DNA of 17,853 nucleotides from a virus (Duplodnaviria; Heunggongvirae; Uroviricota; Caudoviricetes): IMG/VR virus record IMGVR_UViG_2877285697_000004, positions 1 to 17,853 of that record; one strand, 5' to 3'. Shown piece by piece: positions 1 to 7,856 of this stretch (position 1 is its first letter; each line of letters starts with the position of its first letter). The notes under the pieces were generated by a model. It saw only the letters and a program-made list of their open reading frames with translations, ran no database searches and was not told where the DNA came from. The position numbers and the translations under genes were made by a program.

Positions 1-1314
1 CTAACTCACTGATTTTAATAAGCCTCTTGTGTCACTTTGGTGACCATGGGACATCATTGGGACATAATCTGCCAGCTTCTGATTCAGCATTGCGATCTGT
101 TCTGCATTGCTGTCAGTCATCCATGCTCCGTATACATTGAACACCATCTGGGCACTTGCATGCCCCATCTGGCTGGCAATGAAGCTTGGGTTTGCTCCGG
201 CAGATAATGACCAGCACGCATAAGTGTGTCGTGACTGGTATGCTTTCCGGTGCCTGATGCCCGCACGCTTAATGGCTGTTTCCCATGAGTCGCCAATGGA
301 ATCTACCTTGTAGATAAAACCTACCTGTTTGCTTTTTCTAACCACCTGGGGGTTAAATACGAAAGTACATTCATGATTCACTGAACGTCCATATTCACGT
401 AGTTGAACCTTGATGTGGTGCTGCTTACCCAGTCTTGTCATTTCAGCCTGATTTTTCAGGACACTGATAGCGGGCTGGATAAGATGCACAACCCTGTTTG
501 TACTTGCTTCAGTTTTAGGTAGAGTGAACTCACCGAGTTTCGTATAATTGCACCTGATAGTAATAGTTCCTGCTTTCAGATCGATATCTTCCCAGGCCAG
601 GGAGACCAGTTCACCGTGACGCATTCCTGTGTACACAGCCAATGACCACAGGTTTTTCGTCTGCTGATGTCGGCAAGCATCTATCAGGCGAATAAATTCG
701 TCACGAGTTAGCGGATCTGGCTCTGCCCTGGCTCTTTTAAGAGGCTTAATTCCCTGGAAGGGATTTGCTTCTAAGTAACCGTGATCTGTAGCAAACTGAA
801 ACATTCCAGCGATTGTCGTCATGTAATAATTTACAGTAACGACGCTCCGTCCTTTTGCTGCTGCTTTGTTTTTCGTTGAATTCTGATACCCGGTCAGCAA
901 ATCTTTCCTGATATACAGCAATTCCTCTTTGGTTACCGATGACACCAGTCTGCCGCCTCCAATTTTCGGAACCATCGTTCTTGCAACGGATTCATAGCGA
1001 TTGAATGCATTTGCAGAGATTTCCATTCGTTTCAGATCCAGCCACTTTTCTTCAAGTTCCTTCACCGTAATTTCTTTTTTACTTACCCCAAAAGCCTGAA
1101 GGTTAGGGGAGTCAGGGAACTGTGCAGCATAATCAAAGCTTCCTGTGCGGATGGCAAAACATACCGATGTCCGCAGTTCCCCGGCGATCTTCCTGTTCTT
1201 GGCAGTGTCAGGGACACCAAGATTTTCCCTGACACGTTTACCTTTAAAATTAAACCAGATGCGTAATGTGCCGCCGTGGTTTTCGACGCCTGTTGGATAT
1301 TTGACTTTATCCAT
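1..1314 (-). CDS. int: Phage integrase, tyrosine recombinase family, 437 aa, complete (ATG at 1312-1314, TAG stop at 1-3)
   Basis: Full-length ORF; translation has the architecture of lambdoid integrases (N-terminal arm-binding region, C-terminal catalytic domain with conserved R...H..R...Y-type spacing, e.g. RHTYACW...HASAQM..VY). GGAGG RBS 5 nt upstream of ATG. Followed in the same orientation by an excisionase-like gene. Confidence 0.9.
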   Translation of the reverse strand: MDKVKYPTGVENHGGTLRIWFNFKGKRVRENLGVPDTAKNRKIAGELRTSVCFAIRTGSFDYAAQFPDSPNLQAFGVSKKEITVKELEEKWLDLKRMEISANAFNRYESVARTMVPKIGGGRLVSSVTKEELLYIRKDLLTGYQNSTKNKAAAKGRSVVTVNYYMTTIAGMFQFATDHGYLEANPFQGIKPLKRARAEPDPLTRDEFIRLIDACRHQQTKNLWSLAVYTGMRHGELVSLAWEDIDLKAGTITIRCNYTKLGEFTLPKTEASTNRVVHLIQPAISVLKNQAEMTRLGKQHHIKVQLREYGRSVNHECTFVFNPQVVRKSKQVGFIYKVDSIGDSWETAIKRAGIRHRKAYQSRHTYACWSLSAGANPSFIASQMGHASAQMVFNVYGAWMTDSNAEQIAMLNQKLADYVPMMSHGHQSDTRGLLKSVS

Positions 1315-1369
1315 CGATACCTCCAGACGCCCAAGAGCGATACGAGCTTACATATTTCATGATATTAAA

Positions 1370-1606
1370 TCACCTGGGTTGTTTGTTTTTCATTGAGGCG
1401 ACCCAGGCATCTATTGCTTTTCTGTTATACATACATTCACTGGAAGGCTTTGGATTACCGTCTGGTGATACGTGAATATACTCTCTTCCAACCATCCAGC
1501 ATTCTTTCCGGGCCCGAAGAATTGTGCCTGGTTTGAGCCCGGTAATTGCGATTAGAACGCTTTCACAAACCCATTCATTGGGAGCCAGTTGAATCACATT
1601 GCCCAT
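1370..1606 (-). CDS. xis: Excisionase-like small DNA-binding protein, 78 aa
   Basis: Small ORF immediately upstream of int on the same strand, the position and size expected for a prophage excisionase. Assignment rests on context and size, not on a recognised motif. Confidence 0.55.
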   Translation of the reverse strand: MGNVIQLAPNEWVCESVLIAITGLKPGTILRARKECWMVGREYIHVSPDGNPKPSSECMYNRKAIDAWVASMKNKQPR

Positions 1607-1614
1607 GCATTACC

Positions 1615-1740
1615 TCACACAACACTCAGCCCACGGCAGTGGCACCAGACCTCAAACATTCGTTTCACAATTTCACGACAGTAGAAACCGTCAACATCTC
1701 GCGTCAGGTCGTAGCGGTTGCCGTAACGCTGGTGACCCAT
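1615..1740 (-). CDS. Possible small Cys-rich ORF, 41 aa (MGHQRYGNRYDLTRDVDGFYCREIVKRMFEVWCHCRGLSVV)
   Basis: Hand translation of the minus strand between xis and the next ORF; below the size cut-off of the supplied ORF track. Four Cys in a C-x11-C-x1-C arrangement; weak RBS. Stop TGA lies 8 nt before the xis ATG. Confidence 0.25.
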   Translation of the reverse strand: MGHQRYGNRYDLTRDVDGFYCREIVKRMFEVWCHCRGLSVV

Positions 1741-1763
1741 AGCTCAAACGCTTTATTCATTTT

Positions 1764-2006
1764 TTACTTCCTTTGCATTGTGCGTAATTTCTTCAGGTGC
1801 TTTTCTTGTTCTGTTTCAGCCAGAATCTTGTGATATTCCAGGTGGTCAATATGCTCGAACAGGCTACTGAATTCACCGATGCGTACTCGCCCGGTACGTC
1901 CGTCCATCCTCCGAAAGAACACTGAGTGCTCAGTACTGCGAGTAATTTCTACTGGGTATCCGGCTCTGTCTGTGTATATCTGCCCGCGTTGAATCAAAGC
2001 GAACAT
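1764..2006 (-). CDS. Hypothetical phage early-region protein, about 80 aa (the track ORF extends to a TTG at 2042)
   Basis: ORF in the leftward operon. First ATG is codon 13 of the track ORF (MFALIQRGQIYTD...), preceded by GGGGA about 8 nt upstream. No family recognised. Confidence 0.4.
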   Translation of the reverse strand: MFALIQRGQIYTDRAGYPVEITRSTEHSVFFRRMDGRTGRVRIGEFSSLFEHIDHLEYHKILAETEQEKHLKKLRTMQRK

Positions 2007-2129
2007 GTGGTTATCCCCATCGACAAATCGAGTACACAACAAACGCTACTGCGAATACCATCCCCAGAGTTACGATTGCATCAGGCCAGCTCATTGATTC
2101 ACCTCCTGCGGCGTCCTGGTATTCGATTT

Positions 2130-2699
2130 TCATTCCGGATGCTCCTGAGCCACGTTGAAATCGCCATGATCACGACAAGGCATCACAACAAATTCAGGAT
2201 TGCCATACATTGAGTTGATGATGGAATCAAACTGAATTCTGACCGCTTGCCCGTCACCGGAGGGACGTAACTGGACGGGAATAAATTTACGCTCACGACC
2301 AAACATCTTCTCTGGATAACTCAGGTAACCCGACTGGTGCACCGGGTGAGTACAGCGGTCAAACTTTTTCGGAATGATGCGATCCAAATCCGGAAAACAA
2401 CCGTCCACCAGTTTAATGCCGGTAATGGACAGTCGTCGCTGAAACTGGTCGCGATGAACAGCGATCGGCTCTTTACTAAAAATCAGCTCTGTCGTTTCGG
2501 CTTTGGCCGGGACGCCCCCTTCGAACTGGACAATGATGTTTTTCTTCGTCCGGATGCCGTGAGCCATGCGCAGTGCCACGGAACCATTGGTTGCCTCAAT
2601 ATGTTTCGGCGTGATGTGAAGACCGTTCAGGTAATAACGAACGTCGTTTTTAGCAGCGCACACCAGAGCGGCGCGAATAAGTTTTGACTGGATGATCAT
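2130..2699 (-). CDS. DNA polymerase III beta sliding-clamp (DnaN)-like protein, 189 aa; resembles clamp domains II-III only
   Basis: Three colinear motif matches to E. coli DnaN as I recall it: DVRYYLNG(L) followed by ATNGSVALRM (DnaN: DVRYYLNGM...ATDGHRLAV); KLVDGCFPD...R.IPKK (DnaN: KLVDGRFPDYRRVLPKN); and C-terminal FVVMPCRD (DnaN: YVVMPMRL). Start ATG overlaps the stop of the upstream ORF6N gene (ATGA at 2696-2699). Confidence 0.6.
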   Translation of the reverse strand: MIIQSKLIRAALVCAAKNDVRYYLNGLHITPKHIEATNGSVALRMAHGIRTKKNIIVQFEGGVPAKAETTELIFSKEPIAVHRDQFQRRLSITGIKLVDGCFPDLDRIIPKKFDRCTHPVHQSGYLSYPEKMFGRERKFIPVQLRPSGDGQAVRIQFDSIINSMYGNPEFVVMPCRDHGDFNVAQEHPE

Positions 2700-3445
2700 G
2701 CTTTATCCTCCCATCCGATCACCTGGAAAAGCCCCATCTTCGGGTGATACCAGCGTGTGCCGCGTGGTTCAGCCTCTGACATCATTTGGTGGAACGCCGC
2801 CATAAATGGCTCAAGCTCGACGATAGCCCTGCGAGACAACAGACCGTCCGGAGTCATGAATTCGTGGGTGTCTGTAGGAATTTGATATGCGTTCACCAGA
2901 TTCCGACACTTGGCGTCACTCATTCCACTTTTGGCTACCACCTGGCGGTAACCGACATATCCGGCGCGCATTGTGCCGCGTTTGATGTTCTCCACAGCTT
3001 TGGTGACCGTTTCGATCTTCTTTTCAACATGACTCAGGCGCTTTTGCTGGCGAACGGCATCGGCGGCCATTGCAGCGATCATCTCCATTTCCGTCAGCGG
3101 CGCGTGAGTTCGGAAATAGCTGTTAACCAGTTCGCGCTGAACCTGCCAGGCCAGATCGTCGGTGAAGGATTTCACCAACATCAAATAACCGGATTCGACC
3201 AGTACAATTCCTGCTGCTGCAAATTTTGAGAAAGTACCGTCAGGGAGGTGTCGACGAATTTCGTCGGAACCTAATTCGAAGTAGTCTTCCCCTTCAATAA
3301 GACGAGACTTGTTTTCGCGGAAATTGCGTCCCGCTGTTCCGTCCGGGCGTTGGTGCACTTCATCAATCATCGCCAGCGTCACCACGCGCTGACCGCGATA
3401 TTCGATTACCGGAAACTGTTTGTTGTTGATGGTTACAGTATTCAT
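2696..3445 (-). CDS. ORF6N/KilA-N-type phage regulatory (antirepressor-like) protein, about 249 aa
   Basis: N-terminus MNTVTINNKQFPVIEYRGQRVVTLAMIDEVHQRP...RNFRENKSRLIEGEDYFEL matches the ORF6N/KilA-N DNA-binding domain pattern. Start chosen at the ATG at 3443-3445 with a GGAGA RBS, not the upstream track start at 3520. Confidence 0.65.
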   Translation of the reverse strand: MNTVTINNKQFPVIEYRGQRVVTLAMIDEVHQRPDGTAGRNFRENKSRLIEGEDYFELGSDEIRRHLPDGTFSKFAAAGIVLVESGYLMLVKSFTDDLAWQVQRELVNSYFRTHAPLTEMEMIAAMAADAVRQQKRLSHVEKKIETVTKAVENIKRGTMRAGYVGYRQVVAKSGMSDAKCRNLVNAYQIPTDTHEFMTPDGLLSRRAIVELEPFMAAFHQMMSEAEPRGTRWYHPKMGLFQVIGWEDKA

Positions 3446-3488
3446 TTTTATCTCCAGACAGCCCGGCGTGTAATACCGGGCATATGTA

Positions 3489-4319
3489 TTACTTAACCTG
3501 AATAAATGGTGTGTTGGCACCGCTGGTCATGTACTGCGGCAGTGTGCCGTTCCATTTATTGATGGCTTCCAGCTCCATAACACCGGGGTTCTGGCGCAGA
3601 GCTTCACCGCGTAAACGAATTGCATCGGCTTCGGACTGGGCTTTTGTGCGAATCGCATCAGCCTGTCCGGCAGCTTCTGCACGCAGCATGTTGGCTTCTG
3701 CTTCGCGTTGTTTAACTTCCTGCTCGCGTTGCAGTGTTTTCTGGTTTGCCGTGACTTTGGCGTTAATGCTGTCGATAACGGTTGGTGGGTACTCTGGCTT
3801 ACCCACATATGAGAGGCTCATTACCTGAATACCGATGGGTGTCATTTCTTCCTAGATGTCTTTTAGAGCGGCATCCAGTAATTCAGATTTACCGCCGTCA
3901 ATAAATTTGTCGGTGGTCATTTTGCTGGCCAGCCGATTGAGTGCGTCGGCGATCTTCTGGCGCAGGTCGGTGTTGGTAATGTCATCCACGCCTTTGCGGT
4001 AAGTCTGAAACACCGTGGTAACTTTGGATGGATCAACTTTGTAGGCCACGCCGATGTGATAGCCGATGGTTGTGCCGTCACTCATCTGGAAACTGAACGG
4101 TTCATCGTAGGTCTTCATTTGCTTGAAGGTCGGGAAAATGTAAACTTCAGTATTCCAGCCAGTCCAGTAGCGACCAACACCGACCACTTCACCGACACCT
4201 TTGTCGTCGCCCAGTTTGTTGACTTTGATACCCACATTACCTGGTTCAACGCGATCGCAACCTACAAGTCCGAAGACAGCCAGACTGACCGCGAAAACAA
4301 GCGCAATTGTTTTTTTCAT
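3489..4319 (-). pseudogene. SPFH / band-7 (stomatin-prohibitin-like) lipoprotein interrupted by an in-frame TAG at 3852-3854
   Basis: Upstream ORF (3852-4319, 155 aa) has a lipoprotein signal (MKKTIALVFAVSLAVFGLVGC) and the start of an SPFH domain. Downstream ORF (3489-3845, 118 aa) is in the same frame and continues the domain into an Ala/Glu/Arg/Gln-rich coiled-coil tail typical of HflK/HflC/QmcA-like proteins. Only TAG-GAA-GAA separates the two (..KDI * EE MTPIG..). Confidence 0.6.
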
Positions 4320-4504
4320 TTTTCCCTCCCGGGGAAAGAAAGACCCTTATAAATGGCATAAATGCAGGGCGGGGTCAGACACGCCAGAGCAAAGCCAGAA
4401 ATCACTGCTACCGTATCCTTCATTGATATGAGGGCCGGAACGATTAATCCGTAAATACATGCGATAATTGCCAGTGATATAACTATTCTGAAATAAATGT
4501 TCAT
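4316..4504 (-). CDS. Small hydrophobic membrane protein, 62 aa, two predicted TM segments
   Basis: AGGAGG RBS before ATG; stop overlaps the SPFH lipoprotein start (ATGA at 4316-4319), implying translational coupling. Hydrophobic composition (IVISLAIIACIYGLIVPALI... VISGFALACLTPPCIYAIY). Confidence 0.5.
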   Translation of the reverse strand: MNIYFRIVISLAIIACIYGLIVPALISMKDTVAVISGFALACLTPPCIYAIYKGLSFPGREK

Positions 4505-4775
4505 GGTCCTCCTGATGTATTCGGCTTGCCTTATTTAATTGCGTCATGGTTAATTTCGTTTACGTCAGAATGGTTTTGTTGCCATCAGTTCGTAATATCC
4601 GGCGCTCCATGTGTCATATTTTCTGAACCATTTTTCTGTATACTGTTTCCTGGCGATGAGTCTGCGCAGTCGTCTGATTGTTCGCTGGTGTGCGCGGGTA
4701 TACTCTGTGGTTGATTCTCCACGTTTCCATATTGAGGTGTACTGGCAATAGCGGACACTACCATTTGTTCTTTTT

Positions 4776-5681
4776 TTAAGCAGCCATCTGATGATATTTT
4801 TCCCTGAAGGCTGCCGGGGAGATATTCCCCAGACGAGAGTGACGACGCTGACGATTGTAGAAAATCTCAATGTATTCCCGTATTACTGAGATGGCTTCAT
4901 CCCGGTTATTAAAACGATAGTGGCTCAGGCTCTCATTTTTCAGCGTTCCCCAGAAGCTTTCCATCGGAGCGTTGTCGTAACAGTTACCTTTACGCGACAT
5001 TGATGTTTTCAGACCAAACTGCTCCTGTATGACCCGGTAATCGTATGCGCAGTACTGTGAACCTCGATCAGAGTGGTGGATTAGCCCGGCAGGTGGGCGC
5101 TGGCTCCTGAGCGCCATAAACAGGGCTTTACCTGTCAGCTCTTTTGTCATGCGCTCTCCCATGGCGTAGCCGACAATTTCGCACGTATAAACATCTTTGA
5201 TGCCAGCGAGGTACAACCATCCCTCCTGTGTGGCAACATACGTCAGGTCCGCCACCCAGACCTGATTTGGTGCTGTAGGAGCGAACGTCTGGTTCAGCAG
5301 ATTTGGCGCAACTGGCAGATTGTGGTTCGGGTTCGTAGTCGCTCTGAACTTGCGTTTCTGCTTACAGAGTAGCCTTAGCTCCTTACGAAGACGTGCCAGT
5401 CGGTCACGACCAACGATGATGCCATTCTCTGCCAGCTCCGTCTGGAGCCGCCGGGTTCCATATGTTTCGCGAGTGCGGATATGTGCCACCTTAATCTCCA
5501 GTTTTAGCCGCTCATCACTTTGTTTTCTGTCTGAGGGTTCATGCTGTACCCAGTTGTAATAACCGCTCCTGGATACACCAAATACCTGACACATCGCTTC
5601 AATGGGAAATTGTTGTCGCCATTGTTCGATTAACGCGTATTTTTCAGCGACTCCTGTGCAAAATACGCTGTTGCTTTTTTT
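4776..5681 (-). CDS. IS3-family transposase OrfB (DDE catalytic domain), expressed as an OrfAB fusion by -1 frameshift; 5' limit approximate
   Basis: Track ORF 4776-5594 (272 aa) has an rve-type DDE integrase core (..WVADLTYV.., ..HHSDRGSQY.., ..NAPMESFWGTLK..). Hand translation shows this frame stays open upstream to the A7 slippery run (..KKSNSVFCTGVAEKYALIEQWRQQFPIEAMCQVFG..). Confidence 0.8.
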   Translation of the reverse strand, partial: KKSNSVFCTGVAEKYALIEQWRQQFPIEAMCQVFGVSRSGYYNWVQHEPSDRKQSDERLKLEIKVAHIRTRETYGTRRLQTELAENGIIVGRDRLARLRKELRLLCKQKRKFRATTNPNHNLPVAPNLLNQTFAPTAPNQVWVADLTYVATQEGWLYLAGIKDVYTCEIVGYAMGERMTKELTGKALFMALRSQRPPAGLIHHSDRGSQYCAYDYRVIQEQFGLKTSMSRKGNCYDNAPMESFWGTLKNESLSHYRFNNRDEAISVIREYIEIFYNRQRRHSRLGNISPAAFREKYHQMAA

Positions 5682-5932
5682 AATATATCTCGCTCAAGGC
5701 GAGCTTCATTTAACGCCTTACGCAGTTGCAGAATTTCAGATTCCAGTTCAGCCACCGTGCGGGAACCAGGAGTACCGAGCCCTTTTCTGGCGGCGGTAAC
5801 CCATTGTCCTAAAGTGCCTTCAGGAAGGGATAATCGGGAAGCGCCTTCACTGATCGAAAGTTGATTTTCAAGAACCGTTCTGACAGCTTCGGCTTTGAAC
5901 TCTTTAGAGTAACGTTGGGTTTTTCTGCTCAT
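5630..5932 (-). CDS. IS3-family transposase OrfA (helix-turn-helix), 100 aa
   Basis: MSRKTQRYSKEFKAEAVR...LRKALNEARLERDILKKATAYFAQESL: the conserved IS3-family OrfA pattern with leucine zipper and the KKA(T/S)A(Y/L)F motif at the frameshift window. Confidence 0.85.
   Translation of the reverse strand: MSRKTQRYSKEFKAEAVRTVLENQLSISEGASRLSLPEGTLGQWVTAARKGLGTPGSRTVAELESEILQLRKALNEARLERDILKKATAYFAQESLKNTR
5675..5681 (-). promoter_or_regulatory. Programmed -1 ribosomal frameshift heptamer A-AAA-AAA at the OrfA/OrfB overlap
   Basis: Minus-strand sequence TTA AAA AAA GCA in the OrfA frame; the -1 frame continues into OrfB. This is the canonical IS3-family arrangement. Confidence 0.6.
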
Positions 5933-5986
5933 TATTAGCTCCTTCTGATGCCATTCTATTTCAGGAAGGAGTGTCCGTTAAACTCA

Positions 5987-6825
5987 GGCTACCTCAGGGG
6001 GATAAGCAGCGGCAGCGCTACCAGGCACAGTTGCACATCCGGCAGGAATACCGGCAACAGTTGCAACAGCTTGAGAATGACAGTCGCCAGAAAGGCACTT
6101 ACGGGACGGAGGACTACCGGAGGGCTGAGGAGGTGCTGAAGGGGAGCCTGAAGCGACAACTGAATGAAAACAAACGCTACTGGCAGGAACTGGAAGTGGC
6201 GCAGGGCGACTGGAAAAACGGTGCCATGCGGGCGTTTCAGAATTTTACGGCGGATGCGGATAATGCGGCGGGAACGGCAGAACAGATGTTTACAGTGGCA
6301 TTCAGCAGTGCCGGTAATGCACTGGCGACATTCTGTACCACCGGTAAGCTGAATTTTAAATCCTTCACCTCTTCCCTGTTGTCAGATATGGCCAGAATTA
6401 TGGCACAGATGGCCATGATGCAGGCGGTAAAGGGCGTCGGTTCTTTATTCGGCTTCACGACTAATGCTGATGGCGGTGTTTACCAGTCTGCTGATTTGAG
6501 TCGCTACAGTGGCACGGTGGTTAACCGTCCGACGTTTTTTGCTTTTGCAAAAGGCGCGGGTGTGATGGGGGAAGCGGGACCTGAAGCCATTCTGCCACTG
6601 CGTCGCGGTGCTGATGGTAAGCTGGGGGTTGTGGCGGATACTGGTGGTTCAGGCATGGTGATGTTTGCCCCGCAGTACAACATTGAGATCAATAACGACG
6701 GCACGAACGGGCAGATAGGTCCGGCTGCCCTGAAGGTGGTTTATGACCTCGGGAAAAAAGCGGCCGCGGACTTTATGCAACAGCAGGCCCGTGATGGTGG
6801 CCGGTTAAGTGGAGCATACCGGTAA
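5987..6825 (+). pseudogene. H: Tail tape-measure protein gpH, 3' remnant (about 279 codons), 5' part removed at the IS3-family element
   Basis: Translation ...YWQELEVAQGDWKNGAMRAFQNFTADADNAAGTAEQMFTVAFSSAGNALATF... matches the C-terminal third of lambda gpH. The reading frame is open from the IS boundary with no native start. Stop TAA overlaps the M start (TAATG at 6823-6827), as in lambda. Confidence 0.85.
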
Positions 6826-7154
6826 TGGAGACGTTTCACTGGAAAGTGCGCCCGGATATGAATGTGGTATCAGAGCCGAAAGTGGTGACAGTGAAGCTGG
6901 GCGATGGTTATGAACAGCGTCGTGCGGCGGGACTGAATAACCAGTTGTCGACTTACAGCGTGACGATACGTGTTCGTAAAGGTGAACACCCATCTTTAAA
7001 AGCCTTTCTGGAACGGCACGGTGGCGTCCGCGCATTTCAGTGGACGCCACCTTATGACTGGAAACTGATCAGGGTGGTTTGTCGTAAATGGTCGGCAAGC
7101 GTGGGGGCGTTATGGGTGACTGTAACGGCCGATTTTGAACAGGTGGTGAACTGA
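6825..7154 (+). CDS. M: Minor tail protein M, 109 aa
   Basis: Same length and order as lambda gpM; METFHWKVRPDMNVVSEPKVVTVKLGDGYEQRR... Start overlaps H stop; stop overlaps L start. Confidence 0.9.
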   Translation: METFHWKVRPDMNVVSEPKVVTVKLGDGYEQRRAAGLNNQLSTYSVTIRVRKGEHPSLKAFLERHGGVRAFQWTPPYDWKLIRVVCRKWSASVGALWVTVTADFEQVVN

Positions 7155-7852
7155 TGCAGGATATCCGGCAGGAAACACTGAATGAATGCACCCGTGCGGA
7201 GCAGTCAGCCCGGGTGGAGCTCTGGGAAATCGATCTGACAGAGGTCGGTGGTGAGCGTTATTTTTTCTGTAATGAGCAGAACGAAAAAGGTGAGCCGGTC
7301 ACCTGGCAGGGGCGGCAGTATCAGGCATACCCCATTCAGGGGTCGGGGTTTGAACTGAACGGCAGGGGCTGTGCTGCCCGTCCGACACTGACGGTCTCTA
7401 ACCTGCACGGCATGGTCACCGGTATGGCGGAAGATCTGCAGAGTCTGGTCGGCGGAACGGTGGTCCGGCGTAAGGTTTACGCCCGTTTTCTGGATGCGGT
7501 GAACTTCGTCAACGGAAACAGCGACGCCGATCCGGAACAGGAGGTGATCAGCCGCTGGCGCATCGAGCAGTGCAGCGAACTGAGCGCGGTCAGTGCCTCT
7601 TTTGTGCTGGCCACACCAACGGAGACGGATGGCGCGGTTTTCCCGGGGCGTATCATGCTGGCGAATACCTGTATGTGGACTTACCGTTCTGATGAGTGTG
7701 GTTACACGGGCAGGGCAGTGGCTGACGAGTTCGACAAACCAACGACGGATATCCGGAAGGACAAATGCAGCAAGTGTATGCGCGGGTGTGAGTTGCGCAA
7801 CAATACCGGTAATTTCGGCGGTTTCCTTTCCATCAATAAACTTTCTCAGTAA
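7154..7852 (+). CDS. L: Minor tail protein L, 232 aa
   Basis: Same length and order as lambda gpL; contains the C-terminal Cys cluster (CMWTYRSDECGYTG...CSKCMRGC). Confidence 0.9.
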   Translation: MQDIRQETLNECTRAEQSARVELWEIDLTEVGGERYFFCNEQNEKGEPVTWQGRQYQAYPIQGSGFELNGRGCAARPTLTVSNLHGMVTGMAEDLQSLVGGTVVRRKVYARFLDAVNFVNGNSDADPEQEVISRWRIEQCSELSAVSASFVLATPTETDGAVFPGRIMLANTCMWTYRSDECGYTGRAVADEFDKPTTDIRKDKCSKCMRGCELRNNTGNFGGFLSINKLSQ

Positions 7853-7856
7853 ATCC

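Larger units (their letters stand above)
4743..5986 (-). mobile_element. IS3-family insertion sequence, about 1.24 kb, orfA/orfB with programmed -1 frameshift; IS600-like by recollection
   Basis: Two overlapping transposase ORFs typical of the IS3 family. Imperfect terminal inverted repeats: TGGCAATAGCGGACACTACC at 4743-4762 versus the reverse complement of 5967-5986 (TGAGTTTAACGGACACTCCT). Boundaries are approximate to within about 10 bp. No matching flanking direct repeat. Confidence 0.75.

Noticed and set aside
1083-1396. 83-aa ORFs on both strands overlapping the int 5' end
   Set aside because: Embedded in or antisense to integrase; no supporting signal.
2786-3229. 147-aa plus-strand ORF
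   Set aside because: Antisense to the ORF6N-type gene, which has a recognisable domain and a proper RBS.
4526-4714. 62-aa Cys-rich plus-strand ORF in the flank left of the IS3-family element
   Set aside because: No RBS and no resemblance to known proteins; likely a chance ORF. The opposite strand here is more plausibly a gene remnant or promoter region.
7593-7856. 5' extension of the K ORF to 7593
   Set aside because: The extension lies entirely within L in another frame; the conserved K N-terminus begins at the ATG at 7857.
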